NCBI GenBank assembly: GCA_050084985.1
Contig: JBITNC010000001.1
Location: 199,950,001-200,014,000, forward strand
Length of the DNA: 64,000 nucleotides
Direction: 5' to 3'
DNA from: Nageia nagi
Lineage: Eukaryota; Plantae; Pinophyta
Positions 52,500 to 64,000 of the stretch are shown here, piece after piece. The stretch's first letter is position 1. Every line of letters starts with the position of its first letter. A program made the position numbers and the translations under genes. The notes below the pieces were generated by a model that was not told where the DNA came from, did not search any database, and worked only from the letters and a program-made list of their open reading frames with translations.

Positions 52500-52872
52500 C
52501 TTTATTTGCAATTGCATCAACAACTTGATCATACCTCTTAGGAATAGAGATGAAATTAATTTCTAAAAATGATCCTAATAAGTCCCATACTCTATTTATA
52601 TAGGTCTTCAGATAGTGATGTTTTGCAATAATCTAATCTTTGACTTACTTTATGACCAATTCAAAATCACCATGCACTATTAGGCATCTAATACCCATAC
52701 TAATTTATTTGGATAATCTAAAATAGAAGTCCTCATATTTAGTAGCATTGTTTGTGTAAATCCATGTGAGTCTAAATGAGAATCTTTTCATATGTCCTTC
52801 AAGTAATTTGAAAATAACACCCATACTGTAGCCATGTTTTTACCTAGCTCCATAAAAGTACATTATCCATAT
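52500..52872 (-). pseudogene. Additional (archaeal-type) RNase H domain between protease and RT
   Basis: WIMYFYGAR*KHGYSMGVIF...YTNNATKYED...MGIRCLIVHGDFELVIK*V matches the aRH consensus YFDGA / TNNxAEYEA / GDSELV. Confidence 0.85.
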
Positions 52873-53099
52873 CTCATGCTCTCTTTTATATGTGACTTAT
52901 ATTTGCTGCATGTTCTCATATAAATAGTCGTACCCATACCAATGTTTTTGACCTGATAATCAAGGTCATTAGCTAATAGGATTTCCATGGTTAGCATTAT
53001 CTCTCTGAGTGTATTGCTCTTAAATACTTCAACTAGTCTAGGGCCATTCAAACAATTTTTTTTTGTGATCTTTTTAAGATGTACACTTTTAGTTCCCTC

Positions 53100-55300
53100 A
53101 TTTGGGATTTCTACCTATTTATTTTGGAAGGAGAGTAAAATGTGTGTATAATCTAAGGATAAGTACCCTCCCAACTTAGCAATGAACACTCTAGACAAGC
53201 AGATCCCAAATAGAGGTGGAAGATCAATAATAATATTATCTTGAATGACATAGATATCAAGAAATGCATTCAAAGTTATTGAAACTTCTTTTACACTACC
53301 AATGACATCTATCATGAAAGAATCTAATTGTATGACTCCATATCTGCATAGAGTGATATATAATTTCATCTTATTTGCAACAACTTTGGGAATAATGGTA
53401 ATGGTAGCTCTAGTATTAATCATACAATTGTTAACTACCCAACCTTCTAACCTAAGGGATAGATAAAAAGGTGGAGGCCTTATTATGCCTACAAGAGCTA
53501 GAGGGACATCATCAATAATTGTAAATATTGAATTACCCCCATTTACCCTATTTTTACTATTTATAAGCTTTAAAGCTTATTCCAAGAGGTTAATTTGACC
53601 TAAAATCCTTAATGCATCAAACATTATCATTTTAGAAGTTGTTTTCTTCAATTCTTCCATAATATTATACAGCGCATAAGGGGTGAACTTACTTGTTTTA
53701 GTGGGATTATGTGATTTGAATTGTTGAGTAGATTTCTCCTTGTGATGTTTAGTGATAAAAGGATATCTCAATGGAGGAGAACTCTCTTTTTTTGGGACTT
53801 CATTTTTTGTCACTATTGAAGAAGCAACATTACTCAGATCTTGAGAAACTTGACCTAGATGAATAAGAAGTTGATTTTCTTGATTCTATGGTTGGAGCAT
53901 ACAAGCCTTAGCTCTTTTAGGATTAGGCTGAGATGGAATGGGTTACTAATTTTGCTGATTTACTTAGGCTTGTTGCAAGGTTGAAAAGGAAGAAGCTCTA
54001 GTTTAAACATAGTTAACTTATTCTCTAACATAGCCTGAAAGCTAAAAATTAACCATAGTAAGGTTTCCAATAAGATCTTATGTAGGTTCTACCATCTAAT
54101 AAGAATGTAAGCCCAAGTGTTGATGTTGATAGACTACATAGGAGTATGGAAAATGTGGAACTAAATAAGGAGCACACCATTTTATAATGCTTGGAGAATC
54201 ACTTTTTGTAGAACTAACCATCACTACATTTGCTATAGCTTTAGGTGTAGGAGGTTATTTTGGTTGATTATTTCATGGTTAAAATCTTAGTTGATACTAG
54301 TTATCATATACACTATAATTGAATCTTTGTTTATACCTTTTTTGTAAAGTGAGATTATTTTTCAAGTTTCTAATAGTTATTTCCAGCTACCTTATCCTAT
54401 CTTCCTCTTATGAATTAGAACCAATATTGGTACTTGTATATGTAAGAGCTAGTAATGTTGGTACTTGGTTCTAAGTGATAGGTTTAGGAAGAGGTGGTGG
54501 CAAGGCTAATACTCCAAGATAAGAGACTTATAATGGAGCTTATTTTGGAGGTAAATTAGGAAATAAGGGTATAATAGATCTAGGTTATATCTTACTAGAA
54601 GATACCAAGGTATGCTCATAGGTTTTAGCTATCTGATAGACATTCAAGAAAGTGTCACCTAGCATAAGGATAAATACATTAAGGTCAGGGAGAAACACTT
54701 TCCTATAATATACCAAAGCTTGAGCATTTATTGGCCTAATCATTATTGGAATAGACTTCTAAGTTTTTTCATATATTATATTAAAATCATCTATAGAGTC
54801 ATGGGGATATCTTTTGATACATGTTATAAGGCTCAAAAAGGTGTTATCATCACCATCTTTAGTAAATATCTTGATAAGAGCTTGACATAACTCTCCCTAT
54901 GTATTTATGGATTGAGATGTGAGATTTCTAAACCATTCAGCAACCTTTCTTTCAAAAGAATGTGAAAAGAGTCTCATCATAATAGTTTCATCATTAATAT
55001 CAAAGCTAGAAGCTAGTAAACACACATCTTGACAATGTTCATAAGACATTTTGCTTGACCCATCATATTTAGAAAAAAATTTAAATGTTGCTTGGGGAAT
55101 AGATGAAGAATTAGTAGGAACCACCAAGGGATAACTATTTTTTCAAGTAGGGAAATCTGTAGGGGTAGGTTGAGCCATATTTGGACTAGTTGTATGAGGT
55201 GATGGGTTTTTCTAGATGGATTCAAATATAGCTATTAATGGGACAACTCTTAATGTAATTTAAGGGGATAAGGTCTAGTTAATCTTTCACCTAGTCCTCC
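53100..55300 (-). pseudogene. Element B gag and aspartic protease remnants
   Basis: ORF 54897-55127 MMRLFSHSFERKVAEWFRNLTSQSINT (gag); PPPFYLSL...NCMINTRA (decayed DTGA) with ORF 53115-53423. Confidence 0.88.
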
Positions 55301-55530
55301 TTTGAGGAACTAACAACTCTTGAAATCTAGGTTGTCTTGAAGGATTTTTGGCACTACTTCTTGTAAATCTATGTTCTAGAGGTGCCAAGGTTTGAGATAT
55401 TGACTAATTTTGATAGTAGAGTCACCAATAAGGTTAATTAAAACCTATAATATTTCAAGCACAAGGTGATAGCTTACCAAACATATCTATTTGGCCTAAT
55501 CATGCCTATATAATATGGAATGTTTTTCAT

Positions 55531-55547
55531 TTCTATTAGGCATGCCA
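55531..55547 (-). other. Primer binding site of element B
   Basis: TGGCATGCCTAATAGAA on the minus strand, same type as A, ~17 nt from the LTR. Confidence 0.7.
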
Positions 55548-55564
55548 AAAATGGATTGGTCTAC

Positions 55565-57486
55565 TTTTGATCAGTATAATGTAACCTTAAGGGTTTGGTC
55601 TGGTTGTGTTCTACATTACCTATAATAATAGGGTCCTTGAAAGAGAAAGAATTGATGGGATAGTGTACTTGTGGGGATTTTTTGCTCAATATCCAAGTTA
55701 TAAATAAGTTCCTATCTATGAGTAAGGTCAAAAGTAACTAGCAAGAGATAAAAAGGTAAGAGTAATAGGAAAGAAATGGAAATAGAAATTACAAAAATTA
55801 AAATAAAACTAATTAGCCCATGCATTACTGCACATGCAAAAATCCATATCCAAAAATAAGAATAGATTAACTATATTACCCTTAGGGTCTTTTAATCATA
55901 ATGCACAACCATAAATAAAGATAATATTTCACACATAATGCTTACAATAATAATGACAACCACAAAATGAAGAAGGAAAAACATCACTGTATTGTATTAT
56001 CACATATGAAAGTACTTCATACATTGGGCAACTTTTCTAAAATAATTGACCTTTTAGACCTTTAATAGTCCACTATTTATATGAATATAATAATAATTAG
56101 GTGATTTTCCACCATTACTACCCTTAATTAACCTATTGACTAAGAAAAGAATAAAGAATTATTTACAAATGTATAATTTCTAATCAATAATTATGCTATA
56201 TTTCATAGTAATTTAGTACAATCAGCACCATCATTAGGAATTTGTAGACTTTGTACTTCTATACTTTCTCAATCATAATCTTTTTAATCTATCTTTGACT
56301 ACATATAGTTGCAACTATAGCTGATTATTGAGGTATGGTACATCAACTTGATTGGTATGGTTTGTTCCTATGCTCTATCATAAGCCATCTAACTCTTTGC
56401 AACCATTTATGAAGATTATTGTAGCTTTGGGTTGTGAGAACTATGAGGGAAATAAAAGATATTATATTAAACCCTAAGGAAGAACTACCAATGTCACTTG
56501 AAAATGAGTCAAATTCAACACATTAACAAAGCCCCAAGGGTCAAACAATTTTTATTAAGTGGACTTGAGTCATAGTTCTCCTTTCAAGTTAGTGGGTCTT
56601 AATTTCTCTAACGAGTTCTATTGGCTATCTAGGAATCATCTTACCACCTATTAATTTTTAATAAAATGTGTGACATCATTGATTAAAATAGGTAGGCTCT
56701 ATAGAATAAACTTGCTAAAATATCTCTTATTGCTTGGTTCTTCGATGATAATACTCATTGATGCTTTAGCTTAGCACCTACTAATTTTGGATGTATAGAA
56801 TAACTTTTCTTTGGAAATCTACAAGCTTTAGAACATCACCCACTAATAGTTTTGACTCAACAATGATTCATATTTATAACATTTTCCAAAAAGATCACTT
56901 GAATCTTCAAGACTTTAACTATTGCAAATTTGAACTTCTATAAGGCCCAAATTTTGACTTAGACTTTTACTTACTTTACATATTAATCTACTTCTCAAAC
57001 ATGATTAAGATAGAAAACAATTATCTATTGGCCTTATACCTATGTATAATTATTGGTGAATACATGATTAGATGAAACAAACCTCCAAGATCTATTATCT
57101 TGACAATCACCTAGTAATAAGATTCAGAAAAGACTTAACCAACTTAAAAAGGTAGACAATTATTATAATGAACTATAAATAATTCCTAGATCTAATCCAA
57201 ACGACTAGATAAATAATGTCCACCTTGAACAAAATGGTGGTTTTCACTAACATTTATAAGATTAAGACCTAATAATGTAAAAATGAATCAAAATTTCCTA
57301 TGCTTAACAAATCATTGTCAACTAAGTATAAACACTATACACTTATTTCAATATTTACAAGAGAATGAAATAAGAGTAAGAATTGAGAATTGAAAATATA
57401 TATTTTATTTAAAAAAATAAAATAAAATAATCAAAGAAGATCATAATATTACCCTATTTATAGAGTGTGATTCTAAAAGAATAACA
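55565..57486 (-). repeat. Element B 5' LTR
   Basis: ttttgatcagtataatgtaacc...ttctaaaagaataaca; matches 43092-44997. Confidence 0.9.
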
Positions 57487-58429
57487 TAATAACAATAATA
57501 AAAGGTATTTTATATATACAATTTCTCCATATTTTTTAGCAAAGAACTAGCTTTCACATCTCATGTTTTCCATTCTCTGCAAATAGTTTTGTATGCACCA
57601 AACTATATTAGTAGATTGTTGTAGATTCTTATTTTAGTATTATTTTATGAATAAATTTTTTGATAGATTGTTATTCATATCCATAGGAATTTTAGAAATA
57701 TAAGTGTATACTCTTTTGTATTGAGAATTATCATTAAGTGGAGATATATGATAGTTATGAATGTAGCAAATTTGTATGAATCAATAAAAAGTAAGTCTTG
57801 ATCCCAAATTTTTGAGTCTCTCATGGGTGTTTCATCTGGAAGAAGAAGGGATACTTCAATTGGTAGAATACCCCTTTCATTTCCTTGTTATTGCTTTAAT
57901 TTTACATTTGTTGTGGTATTTATTTCTATCTTTGCAAGTTTCCATTTAGTTAGTTAATATTGTGATGTATTAATATCTTATGGTAGTTGTTAAATTCCTT
58001 TTCCTATAATTTATTTAATTCTATACTCCTTTCTTACAAATTTCTATTTCTTTTATGTGGCTTGATTTCCCTTTTCTTGCAAAATGTGGAATGAATTTCA
58101 TTTCTGCATGTGTGATATATTTTCCTTTACAAGAAATTTCTAGCTTTCTAATAGACAACACAAAACTAGATAGAATTTTACTACATACAACCATAGGACA
58201 TCAAGCCTATATTGATATAAATTAAATGATGAATTAAATACTCATCAAGATGCATTATACAAATATAGTTTCATTGTTGTAATTATTTCAAGATACATAT
58301 AGAATGAATTTTCTAAAAAAATTAATAAAAATACAAGGCATGAACATATATGTAGAATGTAGAAGAATACAAGGTAACAAAATGTAAAAAAATACAAGGC
58401 CAAAGACTAAAATAATACCTACTTATCTT

Positions 58430-58478
58430 ACATCTTATCTCCCCTCATCTCACCTCATCTCCTCTCATCTCACCTCTA
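58430..58478. repeat. Short CT-rich tandem repeat (catctcacct-like)
   Basis: catcttatctcccctcatctcacctcatctcctctcatctcacctct. Confidence 0.6.
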
Positions 58479-58589
58479 CAAAATATTTGTTCTCTCTTCT
58501 ACCCCCTTGCCCAACAAACTCGAAATACCAAAAACTTTCCTAGTACCTACCCAAGTTCCCAACATTATTTTTTTTATTAAGGGGAAATT

Positions 58590-58720
58590 TTATGCCACCT
58601 CCTTATTCTATATGGGGTGGTTTAAAATTTCCCAATGAAAACCACCTATAAAGATAGGAAAATAGGCGGTTAAAAACCACCTCAATATGCATGTTGCCAA
58701 AGCCCTTTTTTGATGTAGTG
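58590..58720. mobile_element. CACTA (En/Spm) transposon terminus with subterminal repeats
   Basis: ttttgatgtagtg is the reverse complement of CACTACATCAAAA; direct and inverted aaaaccacct / aggcggtt / gggtggttt motifs lie just inside. Partner TIR not in the window. Confidence 0.6.
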
Positions 58721-59749
58721 ATATACAATAATCCCCACCATGTATGGTAGCTTTCACTAGATCTATAGACCTCAAATTGTGTAAAATAATAATATATGTA
58801 ATAAATAAATTGATCTAAAATATGAGAAGAAATAGATAATGTACACTATATCAGATTACAACAAATATACATGAAACACATGAACCTGATATGAAGTGCA
58901 TGTACAATCCTCAACAACAAGTAATAATGAATATTTAAAGGATTGGGATCAAATTCATGGTGATCTTATGACATATCTTTGTTTGCATGAATCAACATTG
59001 ACTCAACCACTAAAATTTATAACCCTCGATCTAGAAGATGCATACCATCACTAGCCTAAGAGAAGCATGTCATTGGCTATGTGAGATATGTTGAATTATG
59101 TTTTGTGCAAAATACAAGAATTTTAGAGCTCAAAATATAATAATTTCTCATAATATATGGAATTTAAATACATCATATCTTGATGAAGATTATGGCTAAC
59201 AACCACCTATCATAGTTCTTATCATATCAAAGAGTTCTAATTTGTGGAGGTATACCTATTCCACTTGTATATATAGCTTGCAAGGATATAGAAAGGAGTG
59301 AAGGTCAACCTCTAGCAATAGTATAAACTTTGTTATATTCAAGATATTTTAAAATATACACCATGATAAATAATATAGCATTTAATATAACACATGGCTT
59401 TGCATTATAATATCAACTTTATCTTGACATATGTAATATTACATTAAGTCATTTAGGAAGTCTAATATGATTTATTAAATAAATAATAAATCATTTTTAG
59501 GCATCTACATTTTTTCCCTCTTTGGATATGAAAAGAAATGCATTGAAATTGCATAATCCAAAAAATTCTAGACAAGAGAAGAAAATTTACAATAGTAAAG
59601 TGGACTTCCCTTTTTCAATTGATATGTTGAGAATGATATGTTGTCTACCTCCTTTTGGTCTTGCATTTCCCCTTTCTCATGCAACTTCAAGGAATTAAGC
59701 CAAAAATTAGATTCCCTATATGAGGAGAGCATTTCTATATGAATCCTAC

Positions 59750-61400
59750 TCTCCTAGAAAATACCTTTGTAAGAACAAACCAACATAATACCCACATAGA
59801 TCACATCCTATTAAATAATAATCAATTGAAAGAGCAAGGATGAAATAAATATGATATCCATTGTGTCACTATGGCCAATGCGACTCATAGTTCTACTTAA
59901 CCATGACATATAAACTAATGTGATTGCAACTCATAGTCTAAGAAGATCAAGTTGATGAGGTCCTTTTTAATGCCCCAAGATTAGAACAACCATAATTATC
60001 ATGCTTATGAGAACCTTTTTAATTACTCAAGCTTGAAATAACTTTTAAATGATAAGAGATTTTTTCTCATGAAGTGACCATGGCCTTGAAAATATTTGTT
60101 AGCATAACATTGAATTGTTTGATTTACATGGAAACCTTTAGTTTTGGCCCAACTTTATAGGTACCTATACAATATTATGAGTGTTGATAAATTCAACATC
60201 ATAATAGCCCACATGGCTCTCCTCCAAGTATGGGTGTATGAGAAGATTTCCATCATTTGACCCATGGGACTATGAGAGTAAAGGATGATCCCTTAGATAT
60301 TGCATTAACTTGCTAGGTTTCATGAGCATGTGGGTACAGGTACCCAAATACTCTATAGGAGAGGCAAAGGGAGATAGATGTACTCCATCCAAAGGAAATG
60401 GTTTGGGTATCTTATGTAGATTTCATTTGGGAGAATGATTCCCACCAGCTTGCCTAGGTGAGGCAACCTTGCTCTCTCTAGACCTAAAAGAAATAAGTGG
60501 AACCATACTTATCATAGTGAGTATTACAGTAATTTAGAATTCAGTAGGAGATTCCTCCTACCTCCATCTATTATCATTGATATAGTACAAAGAGAGACAC
60601 TCCATCAAGAGTGGAGATCATACTTGATTGGGTGGTCACTTAGGAGGAGCCTAGTACATTGGATCCAATTACAGATGTCTTAATGGTACCCAAAATTATG
60701 AGGAGATTCATGACATGGTGGGATATTTTCTATTCAGCCCCATTAGGGATGGATGATAATGATGAGAAGGAGGAGATGGTGGAATCCTCAGAGGGGTTTT
60801 TAGATGAAGACCCATAATAATTGGATAACCCTATGCATAATATTCCTATGCAATGGGCATTAAGAGTGATGCTAGGATTAACGGCCCTAACTGAGGCCAT
60901 GCCACTAAGTGGTAATAGGTAACATACTTATGCATTTGATACCTTATGGTATATTGTTTATAATATTAGGAAGACTAACATGTGACAATTCATGATTTAT
61001 AGGAGAGGGTGTTATTTGAATTACAACACTACATGTGGAGGTTGAGAGGGTCAAGCCTCTCTAGGCAAATGTAGCCACTTATATGCTACATTATCAGATA
61101 GGGATGCATAGATTGCATCCATGGAGAAGTCTCTTAATAGGATGCAAGAGAGGGTGAACATGCCTCCACCAAATGAGCAATGGTCGTTCATCCAAGGATT
61201 GATGGACAAGATAGATAAAAAGGATCAAGAAATTATTATTTTGAATAAGAAGTATGAGAGGGAAAAACTTTATTAACATCCTATAGGATCAATACCAATG
61301 AGGTATCAGGTGGAGTCTCCCTATCAGGACAGAGTAGTGGGTCTAGGAGGACATCTAGGCCTAGCTAGGCTAGCAATAGTGCATGGCACTAGCTTGTTGT
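59750..61400 (+). pseudogene. Plant Mobile Domain (PMD, aminotransferase-like) ORF remnant, antisense to element C
   Basis: From 60123: FTWKPLVLAQLYRYLYNIMS...MALLQVWVYEKISII*P matches PMD motifs W..AVLA.LYR.L and LLQ.W.WE....RP. Outer limits approximate. Confidence 0.75.
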
Positions 61401-62389
61401 ATATGAGGACATGGGTCCATCTCTATTGTTATATATATAATGTATAATTATTTTTTATTTTCCATCATATGTTAAATGTGAATGAATGTGTTAATTTTTT
61501 TTTATTTGGCTGAATGTAAGGCTTGTTTCATGTTTATCAATTTTAATTTTACAAAGTATAATTTGTTAAGTTTAATAAATCACAAAACTTTTTATACATT
61601 TTTAGTTGCAAATCATTATATCAATGGATTTAAAAGGCACTCATAATCATCCCTAGTAAATAAAATGAAGCAATTTTATAACAATATTCAATTTCCATTC
61701 CCTAAATTCAATTTGCAAAATGAAAAAATAATAAGGGTCCCTAGGTAATGTATGCAAGCCATAATAAACAATGCCTAGTTTTTCTTCATTAATGAATGCA
61801 CATAGTCATTATGCCCTCCCTAAATAATACAAAAAATGATAAGCAATAAGTAAATACTATCTTTTTTAACTCTAGTTTGAGAAAGGCACATCATTAATGG
61901 CCTAAAAATAGTTGCAAATTATTAGTAGCATGAGTTTTGATAGTTTGAAAATAAAAATGTATGCTGGACATTTTCAAAACACTTCCAGAAAACCAATACA
62001 ACCATGAACTGACCTTTATGATAATGAATAATACACATTTTCCCCTCCAAGAAACAACCTATCTAATATACACTACCTTTTGAATTTTTTATATTTTAAG
62101 CAATGACTTTGTGTACATGGGAAGGTTTTGCCACCTAGATGTTGTTTATAGAGGTATGTGCAAAAAGAGGTGCCTTCCTAGTATTGTATATCACTCTAAT
62201 GGCTATGTGCAAATAGGCATGCATGCTATTAGAGGTGATTGTTTCATAGTCCCTTCCATGTTATTTTTTTCTTGCCTCTGTCTCACTTATTGCCACTTTT
62301 TTCTACATCTATTCTTGTTAGAGAAATAATAATGCATACATTGTGAAGTACTTACCGAACCAATGAAGCCTTTTGGTTTTTGAGTTATC

Positions 62390-63900
62390 CTTAGTAAAGG
62401 GTTCATAAATATCTCTAATTATTCATTATTAGGATAGATAGGCCCTTATTCTACTTTGGTATGATTATCGATTCAAATTTCTTTTTTATCAATGAAATAT
62501 TGAATGATGTTTCTTAATACCCTTTAGTTTCTTGTTAGGTTTCCTACTGTCCTATGATCATTATGTAATTATTTATATCTATAATTTTTGGGACCACCAT
62601 TAGGAAAATGATGTTGAACCATTGGTAGAAGCTTAATAAGTTCTAATTTTAATAACACATTAAGAATATTATCAGCAGTATCAGTTAACCTTGTAACTCT
62701 TCTTTATGGTTTATTCATGTTCCTATCAACATTAGCTATAGCAATTTCATTTTTCTTTATATGCACTTGAGGTTTCTTTTCATTTACTTATGGTTTATAT
62801 TTTGATTCATATATTTTGTATTTATATGTCATTTCTTATAATTTTTCTTTATACATTCTTCCTTTTTAAGTAAAATATCTATCATTGTAGCTAATGTTAA
62901 TCTAGGATTAGATATAACCAACAACTTATACATAGGAAATAAAGCATTTGCAAAAGTATCCTTTAAATCTTGCTTAGGAAAAAATATTTTATTTTTATTT
63001 TGTTTCTATATTTTGATAAAATCATACAAACATTAATTAGGCAAGTGCTTAATTTTACACAAATCTTTGAATTGAATTTTTTTTGCAATATTATATCTAA
63101 AAATTTTCAAAAATTTATGTATCAAATCTTCATATTTATCAATGCTATTTTTGGGAAGAGTAAAATACCATTTCAATACATAATCTTTTAAGCTACTTGA
63201 AAATAATTTTGCAAGCATATCTTTATCATGAACATATTCCATAGCTTCCTCTTAAAATTTTCTAACATGCATTTTTTGATCTTACAAGCCATCAAATTTT
63301 GTAAATTTCACACTCTTTTTGCCAACAAGCAATTTAGAAATAATTGTATCAAATAATGGATGTTTTAAATAAAATAAGAAATCATCTTCATCATCATTAA
63401 CTAATTCTTCTAATTTCTCAATCCTTGCATCCATTATTTGATACTATGGAAGTTTGCTTTGTTGGTTGGTTTTGAACTATAGGTATATATATTATCCTTT
63501 GAGGGTGGTGGAGGGCTTTTTGGTGGTATAGTGCTAATTTGAGAGGGAGTTTTTTTTTTTTCCTTTCTCAGTTTAGCTTCTTTTAATTACATAAATGACC
63601 CAATACTATGTAGTTTTCCATGTTCAAGTTTGTCAACCGATTCTAGCATAAACTCTAATTATTTCTCCTCATTAGCCTTTTGAAAATAATCATCTTATTA
63701 AGCATCAAAAAGAGCATCAAGTTTTATCTCACGTTCTTCTTTTTACCAACTAGGATTATGTTCATAAGCATTATTAATTACAATAGAAAGTTATTTAGCA
63801 ATATCTACTATAGTTTAGTCATTAACAAATCTACCCTTACTTTTTTCTTTATTAGAACATTTAGGAAGTATACCTAGATGTTGATCATCAAAATGAGTTA
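62390..63900 (-). pseudogene. Retrotransposon gag remnant (element C)
   Basis: ORF 63033-63242 DMLAKLFSSSLKDYVLKWYFTLPKNSIDKYEDLIHKF; eroded zinc-knuckle region followed by LRNIIQYFID and LEIFMNP. Confidence 0.85.
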
Positions 63901-64000
63901 CCAAGTGTTCACACTCAACCTCACTTTCCTAATTGACCTCTTCGATGACCACCTTTTGTAGAGGATCTGGTACCTTAACTTCCACATCATCAATAGTGTG

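Larger units (their letters stand above)
43092..57486 (-). mobile_element. Element B: full-length but decayed TatII-like Ty3/gypsy element (~14.4 kb) nested in the 5' LTR of A
   Basis: Two ~1.9 kb LTRs, PBS, gag-PR-aRH-RT-RH-INT-extra ORF; flanks (a)taag/(a)taat are consistent with a TSD carrying one mismatch. Confidence 0.92.
2608..57520 (-). mobile_element. Element A: ancient Ty3/gypsy Tat-lineage (TatII-like) LTR retrotransposon hosting multiple nested insertions and the tandem array
   Basis: Homologous LTR segments 2608-3510 and 42205-43091+57495-57520, both ending aaaggtattttatatataca. Minus-strand PBS, gag, PR, aRH start, RT, RH, INT and extra ORF lie in order between them. Confidence 0.85.
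58741..64000 (-). mobile_element. Element C: Tat/Ogre-like LTR element (3' LTR, PPT, antisense PMD ORF, gag), truncated by the window edge
   Basis: Minus-strand PPT aaagagggaaaaaa abutting TGTAGATGCC at 59509; candidate LTR 58741-59509 (tgta..taca; left end uncertain); gag at the right. Confidence 0.6.

Noticed and set aside
57521-57900. Minus-strand reading frame next to element A as a CACTA transposase or host exon
   Set aside because: The translation has several stops and no motif I can recognise.
3500-63877. The short ORFs in the six-frame track as host protein-coding genes
   Set aside because: All are 60-142 aa and are fragments of decayed TE ORFs, antisense shadows, or chance ORFs in LTRs; no exon structure or host domain was recognised.

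Overview
AT-rich, strongly CpG-depleted eukaryotic DNA made almost entirely of old, nested, decayed plant transposons. I see no intact host gene, RNA gene or CRISPR array; the ORF track is fragments of broken gag/pol/extra ORFs or noise. The backbone is a minus-strand Ty3/gypsy Tat-type element (A, 2608-57520). Inserted into it are: a chromovirus (in its 3' LTR, 1-2607); a Copia-like element (10517-19569, itself holding a solo LTR); a second Copia-type solo LTR in gag (21314-23730); and a related full-length Tat element (B, 43092-57486) in its 5' LTR. B, and vestigially A, has the order PR-aRH-RT-RH-INT plus a ~4 kb extra ORF. That order matches the TatII arrangement known from gymnosperms, so a gymnosperm host is inferred, not shown. 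The most striking structure is a ~20 kb array (22199-42246) of six diverged ~3.34 kb units. Each unit is a chimera of Copia LTR, antisense gag, PBS and Tat LTR promoter; the junction carries a templated microhomology signature and the units show patchwork/higher-order relationships. The right end has a CACTA terminus and an apparently pol-less gag + Plant Mobile Domain LTR element. All calls come from manual translation and visual alignment; boundaries of decayed ORFs are approximate.
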